Origin: an uncultured Solirubrobacteraceae bacterium
GTDB taxonomy: Bacteria; Actinomycetota; Thermoleophilia; Solirubrobacterales; Solirubrobacteraceae
Length of the DNA: 32,000 nucleotides
Assembly: GCA_963792385.1 (NCBI GenBank)
Contig: CAWBVZ010000004.1
Coordinates: forward strand, 205,584 to 237,583
Reading direction: 5' to 3'
In this document: positions 26,355 through 32,000 of the stretch, in pieces
How positions within the stretch are numbered: position 1 is the first letter of the stretch
How the letters are laid out: every line of letters starts with the position of its first letter
Notes under the pieces: model-generated
What the model saw: only the letters and a program-made list of their open reading frames with translations
Database searches by the model: none
What the model was told of the DNA's origin: nothing
Made by a program: the position numbers and the translations under genes

Positions 26355-27769
26355 CCCCGGCCAGTCGCGACAAGAAGCGCCGCCGCGGCGTGCTGGACCG
26401 CCCGAAGGCGCATGAGGAGCGCTTGGCCGAGGGGCGCGCCGAGCGTGAGTCGGTGCCGCTGGAGGCGCACGGCGAGTGGGCGACGCCCGATAACCGTCCA
26501 GACCCGGTCGGCATCCTCGAGAAACAGAACGCGACGCGCGTTCCCGAGCTGGTTCCGATCCGGCACGGGCGGATGAGCGTCTCGCCGTTCACGTTCTACC
26601 GCGGGAGCGCGGCGATCATGGCGTCCGACCTGTCGCTCAGCCCGACGACGAGGTTGCGCGTGCAGTGTTGTGGCGATGCGCATCTGTCGAACTTCGGGCT
26701 GTTTGCGGCGCCGGATCGTCAAACTGTCTTCGATCTCAGCGACTTCGATGAGACGCTGCCGGCGCCGTTTGAATGGGACGTCAAGCGCCTCGCGGCGAGC
26801 GTCGTCGTCGCCGGCCGTGACAACGGCCACCGTCGCAAGGACCAGCGGGCGGCGGCGCGCACTGCGGCCATGGCCTATCGGACGACGATGGCCAAGGCGG
26901 CAACGATGCGCTTCCTGGATGTCTGGTACACCCGGTTCGACGCGGAAACGGTGATCGCGCAGATCGCCTCCAGATTGGGGAAGGGCGAAGCCAAGTCCGC
27001 TCGGAAGACCCTCGCCAAGGCGCGGACACGAACGAGCCTGGGCTCGCTGTCGAAGTACGCGGAGCGAGTCGAGGGCGGCTACCGCATCAAGCAGCAGCCG
27101 CCGGTGATCGTGCGCCCGCCCGAGACGATGTCCGGCGACTTCGAGCAGGTCATCCGGCAGGGGCTCACCGACTATGCGGGCTCGATCGGCCCCGATCGGC
27201 GCGTCGTGCTCAACCGCTACCACTACGAGGACTTCGCGCGCAAGGTGGTCGGCGTCGGCTCGGTCGGGACCGAGGCGATGATGGTCCTGCTGATGGGCGA
27301 CCGCGATGACGATCCGCTGTTCCTGCAGTTCAAGGAGGCGAACGCGTCGGTGCTCGCCCCGTATGCGGGCGCCAGCGAGTACGCGCACCAGGGCGAGCGG
27401 GTCGTGCACGGCCAACGGCTTATGCAGGCCGCAAGCGACGCCTTCCTGGGGTGGATCACCGGCACCGGTCGACGGAAGCACGAGTTCTATGTCCGCCAGT
27501 TGCGCGACATGAAGGGCTCGGCCGCGGTCGAGACGATGACGCCGACGCAGCTGGCGGTCTACGCCGAGCTCTGCGGCGCCACGCTGGCACGCGCGCACGC
27601 GCGCACCGGCGATGCGGCGAAGGTCACCGGGTACCTCGGCGACGACGACACGTTCGACCGTGCGCTCGAACGCTTCGCCGTCGCCTACGCCGACCAGAAC
27701 GACGCCGATTACGCCGCGTTCACCAAAGCCGGGGAGGAGCACCGCATCGACGTCGAACGCGGCGTCTAA
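26351..27769 (+). CDS. DUF2252 domain protein
   Basis: DPVGILEKQNATRVPELVPIRHGRMSVSPFTFYRGSAAIMASDL and CGDAHLSNFG...FDLSDFDET are the family hallmarks as I remember them. TTG 26351 overlaps the MFS stop (TTGA); an alternative GTG lies at 26390. Confidence 0.75.
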   Translation: MTPASRDKKRRRGVLDRPKAHEERLAEGRAERESVPLEAHGEWATPDNRPDPVGILEKQNATRVPELVPIRHGRMSVSPFTFYRGSAAIMASDLSLSPTTRLRVQCCGDAHLSNFGLFAAPDRQTVFDLSDFDETLPAPFEWDVKRLAASVVVAGRDNGHRRKDQRAAARTAAMAYRTTMAKAATMRFLDVWYTRFDAETVIAQIASRLGKGEAKSARKTLAKARTRTSLGSLSKYAERVEGGYRIKQQPPVIVRPPETMSGDFEQVIRQGLTDYAGSIGPDRRVVLNRYHYEDFARKVVGVGSVGTEAMMVLLMGDRDDDPLFLQFKEANASVLAPYAGASEYAHQGERVVHGQRLMQAASDAFLGWITGTGRRKHEFYVRQLRDMKGSAAVETMTPTQLAVYAELCGATLARAHARTGDAAKVTGYLGDDDTFDRALERFAVAYADQNDADYAAFTKAGEEHRIDVERGV

Positions 27770-27796
27770 CCCGGCATCTCGCGGGCGGGCCAACGT

Positions 27797-27840
27797 ACTC
27801 CCGGAGCACGCGGACGTGCTCCGGGAGTGGCTGCTTTTTA
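27797..27840 (+). terminator. Stem-loop between convergent genes (likely terminator for DUF2252)
   Basis: Perfect 14-bp stem ACTCCCGGAGCACG / CGTGCTCCGGGAGT with loop CGGA, then ggctgcTTTTT. The T-run overlaps the stop codon of the convergent peptidase gene. Confidence 0.55.
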
Positions 27841-30800
27841 CGGAGTCGTTGTCGACAGCGTGAACGTCAGCGTCTTGCTGTAGGTGCCCGTACGCACCGC
27901 GTCCGTGGCACCGATGTGCTGCAGGAACGACACCGTGACCGCGTCGTTGCTGACAGGGCCGGTGTAGCTCAGCAGCGGCGTCGGCGCGGCAGAGCCGCCG
28001 ACGTTCGCGTACGCGCCCCCACCGGTGCTGCCCGGGCTGCCGGCCTTGGCCTGCAGGATCGACGGGAGCGAGAACGTCCCGTTGACCAGATGGCCCGTCG
28101 CGGTGCTGCTTGGGTCGGCCACGGTCAGCGCGGCGTCACCGGCGGTCGAGATGACGTTCGCCGTCATTGTCGCGGTGTAGTCCCTCGCCACACCCGGCGT
28201 GAACGCGCCGAACGAGGCCGGGGTGCCCAGCGTCAGGCTGAGCGTCGGCGGCACGGAGCCGCTGACGTCGCCGTCGTCGTTGGTGGCGTCCAGGACGCGG
28301 TAGTTGACGGTCTTGACGAACACGTTGCCGACGTTGTCGGTGGCGGTGATCGTCAGCACCTGCATGCCGGGAGTCCCGGTCGGCAGGTTGGAGCCGCTGG
28401 CGGTCGAGCCGACGCACGAGGCGACGCCCGATCCACCCTGGTCGTCAGCGCACGAGAACGTGAGCGGGACCGGCTGGCCCTGGGTGTAGACCGCGCCCTC
28501 CGGGATGTTGACCGTGACGGTCGGCGCCGTCTGGTCGAGCAGGAAGGACCTCGACTGCACCGCGGACTGGTTGCCCTTGATGTCGACCGCGAACCACTTG
28601 ACGGTGGTCGTGCCCGGCGCAGATGATCTTGAGGATCTCGCCGATGCTGCGCGCCCGCTGGTTGTTGTACGTGGGCGAGGACAGCGTCGGGGTCGAGCCG
28701 TCGGTCGTGTAGCGGATGACCGCCGCCTCGTCGTTCCAGACGAAGCGGTAGGCGATCGGGTCCTTGGACTGCGTGACGTTGTCGGAGTCGAGCGACGTGC
28801 TCGGCGCCGTCGTGTCCATCGCGTAGTCGAAGGCGGACTCGACCATGCCGTAGTTGCCCGCCGCGAACTCCAGCGCCTCGTCACGACCCTCGTTGACGAG
28901 CGAGCCGTTCGCCGGGCACGAGCCCTGGCCGCCGCCGGTGCCGACCGCGCCGAAGCACGGCTGGAAGCCGACCTGCGTCGGAGTCGTGCCCGTGGTCGGG
29001 TTCAGTATGCGGTCGGCGCCCGTCTCGAACGAGTAGGCGATGATGCCCTTGCGGTACCAGCCGTCGTCGGCGGAGTTGCCGGCGGCGGAGTAGAGCACGT
29101 CGGCGATCGGGCCGGTGCGCTCCGGGAGGATGACGGTGCCGCGAACGTCCTTGATCCGCCTGAGGATCTTTTCACCGGCCTCGAAGAAGTAGTTCTCGAT
29201 GCCGATGTTCGGAGCCGGTGCCGTGGTGCGGAAGCCGTCGTTCTTGTACGAGCCCGGCGCCCACATGAAGTACCCACCGAACGAGTGAATGTTGTTCATG
29301 AACTTGATGTTCGGGAACGTGTCCGCGACCCACTTCTCGTTGCGGGTCTCGGGCTCCGAGTACTCGCTCGGACCGGCGTAGGTGTCGCTCGTGCACGAGG
29401 TCGACGCGCCGAAGTAGCCGTCGAACAGCGAGTACTCGCCGCTGTTGCGGTTCATGTCGACGCCCCACGCGTTACGAGCGGCCGGGTCGGAGGTGCCGTT
29501 CTCGGGGCAGTAGTTGACCAGCGTCCTGCGCTGTTGGGACGCGTCATACATCGAGTAGTGCGCGCCGTCCGGGTTGGAGTTCGGCGAGATGAAGATCTCG
29601 ATGTTGTCGAGGAGCTGCTTGGTCTGCGGGTCGGTCGCGTAGTTCTCGACCAATTGGTGCGCGGTCTCCTGGCAGGTGAGGCTGGTGGTCCACTCGCGAG
29701 CGTGCTGCTGGCAGAAGAGGAACACGCCTACCTTGGAGCCGTCACGGTGCGCGCCGACGCGGTACAGATGCTGCTGGAACGGACCACGCGCGACGCTCGC
29801 GGGAGCGTTGAGGAAGTCCGAGAGGTTCGTGCGCGCACGCGGCTGGACGATGCCGGAGCCCCGGTTGCCGCGGAACGTCGTCGCCTTGACGAGCGCAGCG
29901 GCCGCCGGGCTGGCGTTGATCGCGTCGACGACCTGCTTGGCCGTCGAGCTGAGTGCGCCGGTGCCGTCGGTGCCGAGGGCGACGTCGATCAGCTTGCCGG
30001 TGACCTGGACGGTCAGCGGCTGGTTGGCCGCACCCGGGTTGCGGAACTCGGCCTCGACCTGGTTACCGCCCTCATGGCCCCAGTCCTTGGTGGTGAGCAC
30101 GACCGCCGAGTAGATGACCTCCTGGAGCTGGAACGTGAAGTCGCCGAGATCGCCCTGGAAGCCCGAGACCTCGTAGGTGAAGGTGCCGGTCGTGGGGAAC
30201 ACCTGGGTGATGGTCTCCGGGCTCGTCCCCGTGTCGATCTCCTGCAGGACGGTGCCGGCGGGGTCCTTGAGCGTGAAGATGAGGTCGGTCGAGCCGCCCG
30301 GGATCCCGTTGACGATCGCGCGGTACTGGACTCCCGCCTCGCCGGTGAACGGGATCGAGGCAACCGGCTGCGCGGCTGTGATCTCGCCCGTGCTGTCGAT
30401 CAGCAGCGGGCCGAGGGCGGCGGGCGGAGTCGAGCCGATCCCGGTCGTGCCGTTCATGGTCGCCTGTGCCTTGCGCTGGTAGCCCGAGGTCTGCTCGGGC
30501 ATGTTCACGACGCTCATCAGCTCGGGGTACTGGGCGGCCAGCGCGTCGAGGTCGGCGCGGGTCTCGGTCGGATCCTGGTACTTCGTGAAGAACTGGGTCC
30601 TGAAGCCCGCGACGTGCGGCGGGAGGTTCTGGCCGAGCCACTCGGTGATCGGGAAGGTCTCGGTGCTGGCCTCGGCGCCGCCGGCGGTGGCCGCGGTGGC
30701 GACGCGAAGCTGGATGTCGCCGGCCGCGAGATTCGCGTAGGCACCGGTCAGGCGGACCAGCTGACGGTGGTACATGTACTCCTGCGGCGTGACTCCTTGG

Positions 30801-31441
30801 TTGTCGATGAAGCGACCCATGTTGACCGGCGTCGAGTAGACGCCGTCGGGGCCGGCGTAGGACAGCGCCAGCGCCGGGCCGGTAAAGGAGTTGTTGGTGC
30901 CCGGGACGCGCTTCGTGGACTTGTTGAACGCCTCGACGTAGAGGAAGCGCGCGGTCGTGCGGGTCGCGGGAGGGCCGACCGCATCCGTGAAGGCCACGGC
31001 GCGCTGGATGACCGTGTCGCCCTGGCCGGGGACGAGGGACTTGCCCTCGAACTTCGCGGCGCCCTTGAGGCCGTTCTGGGCGACGTCGGCGGCGACCGCC
31101 TCCTGGTCGAGGACCTCCTGGCGCTCCTTCATGCGCTGAGAACCGGTGTTGGAGTCCTCGATGACGCGGCCGATCTTGTACCCCTTGGCCTTCAGCGCGG
31201 CCTTCTCGTCGGCCGTCACGAAGACGGCGAGCAGGATCGAGCCATCGTCCTGGACGGACCTGTACTCGGCGGCGTCGTAGTTGGACACGACGCTGTCGAC
31301 AGCATTCTGATCCGGCACAAACACCTGGACCAGCTGCTCGAACGGGATGCCATCATCGTCGGCCGCGAACGCGGCGGACTGGCCCCCCACGAAGAACAAC
31401 GCCGACGCGGCAAGCGCGATGAACGGCCCTCTCCCGACCAT
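27838..31441 (-). pseudogene. Large secreted multidomain M14 zinc carboxypeptidase (about 1200 aa) with C-terminal chitobiase-C-like and Ig-like domains; one frame break
   Basis: ATG 31441 has a GGAGG SD about 9 nt upstream, and the signal peptide is MVGRGPFIALAASALFFVGGQSAAFA. M14 core: QQHAREW (HxxE), NPDG, NRN, SFGGYFMW, SFETG. Downstream are VIRYTTDGSTPT and TAPTVTVNIPEG...SCADDQGGSGVASC modules. After GEILKI the collinear continuation SAPGTTTVKWFAVDIKGN is in the next frame (ORF 27838..28884), with the break near 28624. Confidence 0.8.
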
Positions 31442-31456
31442 GGACGCAACCCTCCG

Positions 31457-31498
31457 TATGTAGGTCCGTGCCTGCTCCTCGTGCAGGCAACCTACGTA
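31457..31498 (-). other. Composite stem-loop between the PEBP stop and the peptidase SD
   Basis: On the minus strand, TACGTAGGT (31498-31490) pairs with ACCTACATA (31465-31457) at 8 of 9 positions. An inner pair GCCTGC (31488-31483) / GCAGGC (31475-31470) encloses a 7-nt loop. No U-tract follows. The 3' arm ends 1 nt from the GGAGG SD (31455-31451). Confidence 0.4.
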
Positions 31499-31569
31499 TC
31501 TGACCAGAAACGTCGGAGCCCTGCACGATCCGGCCGTGGAGATCGCTCCACGACCGCATCTTGCGGCGG

Positions 31570-32000
31570 TCAGCGGCGTGCGTAAGTGCCCGTGAACGTG
31601 CCGCGGCCGACGGCGCCGGCGAGCTTCGCGCGGACCTCGTCGGGCTCCGCGCCGTCCGGGAGCCCGCTCGCGTCCTTGAGCGCGTACAGCGTGAAGACGT
31701 AGTGGTGCGGGTCGTCGCCCTCGGGCGGGCACGGCGGCGTCCAGCCGGTCTTCCCGGCGGAGTTCTTCCCGTACTCGGTGCCGGTCGGGAACTGACCGTG
31801 CGGCGCCAGCCCGCTCGCGCCCGCGGCGCTGATGCCGTAAGCCGTCCAGTGCGTGAAGTCGGCGTCGCGATCTTCGACGAAGAGCACCAGTTCCGCGGCG
31901 CCCTGCACGTCACGCCACGTGATCGTGGGCGCGGTGCCGGCGCCGTCGCACGTGAGCGCGCGCGGGATCGGGCCGCCGTCCTTGAAGTCCGGCGTGGCGA
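31570..32000 (-). CDS. YbhB/YbcL (PEBP/Raf-kinase-inhibitor-like) family protein; 5' end outside the window
   Basis: The frame is open to the window edge (…FKDGGPIPRALTCDGAGTAPTITWRDV…). It contains the PEBP motifs LFVEDRDA..FTHW and PPCPPEGDDPHHYVFTLYAL. Confidence 0.8.
   Translation of the reverse strand, partial: ATPDFKDGGPIPRALTCDGAGTAPTITWRDVQGAAELVLFVEDRDADFTHWTAYGISAAGASGLAPHGQFPTGTEYGKNSAGKTGWTPPCPPEGDDPHHYVFTLYALKDASGLPDGAEPDEVRAKLAGAVGRGTFTGTYARR

Noticed and set aside
28505-31585. 1026-aa ORF on the plus strand. Other very long antisense ORFs in the track include 22079..23638(-), 26234..27793(-), 23569..24762(-), 13139..14611(-), 4336..5985(+), 6083..7093(-) and 3851..4801(-).
   Set aside because: They are Arg/Ala/Gly/Pro-rich, low-complexity translations lying antisense to genes with clear family motifs. 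In DNA this GC-rich, stop codons are rare in non-coding frames, so length alone is not evidence.
1-32000. CRISPR arrays, transposases/IS elements, rRNA genes and prophage genes.
   Set aside because: None seen. There are no regularly spaced repeats, no transposase- or integrase-like ORFs, and no phage structural gene signatures in any frame.

Overview
This is a very GC-rich, gene-dense chromosomal segment that looks Actinomycetota-like; the host cannot be identified without a search. I call about 30 protein genes, one tRNA-Phe(GAA), several stem-loops and two unannotated small ORFs.

Most of the content is ordinary:
- DUF58/VWA (Bat-type) genes, four MFS transporters and a hydroxyacid-oxoacid-transhydrogenase-like Fe-ADH
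- a HAD hydrolase, a YprA/MrfA-type DEAD-box helicase with a C-terminal DUF1998 zinc domain, and an ArsR-SRPBCC pair
- DUF559, an M23 peptidase, a membrane GGDEF-EAL protein and DUF5317
- a SAM methyltransferase, a LytR_C protein, a hydroxybenzoate-decarboxylase-like amidohydrolase and a CPA1 antiporter
- a PLD/cardiolipin-synthase-like protein, DUF2252, a roughly 1200-aa secreted M14 carboxypeptidase and a PEBP protein

Four things deserve a second look:
1. A complete, translationally coupled vanH-vanA-vanX operon with a divergent VanS-like kinase sits directly next to tRNA-Phe in a lower-GC patch. Its response regulator is reduced to a short decayed 3' remnant.
2. The leader upstream of the GGDEF-EAL gene holds an SD-preceded 29-codon ORF, a 12-codon mini-ORF and a strong intrinsic terminator. 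The terminator's U-tract ends 8 nt before the GGDEF-EAL start codon.
3. At least eight reading-frame breaks occur in six genes, all of +1 type and mostly in GC-repeat contexts. This suggests assembly error rather than biology, but that is unproven.
4. A DHA2 efflux pump is start/stop-coupled to a DUF2252 protein carrying kinase-like motifs.

I found no CRISPR array, integrase, transposase or recognisable defence island, and I cannot point to a convincingly novel multi-gene system. Frameshift positions are accurate to a few nucleotides only.
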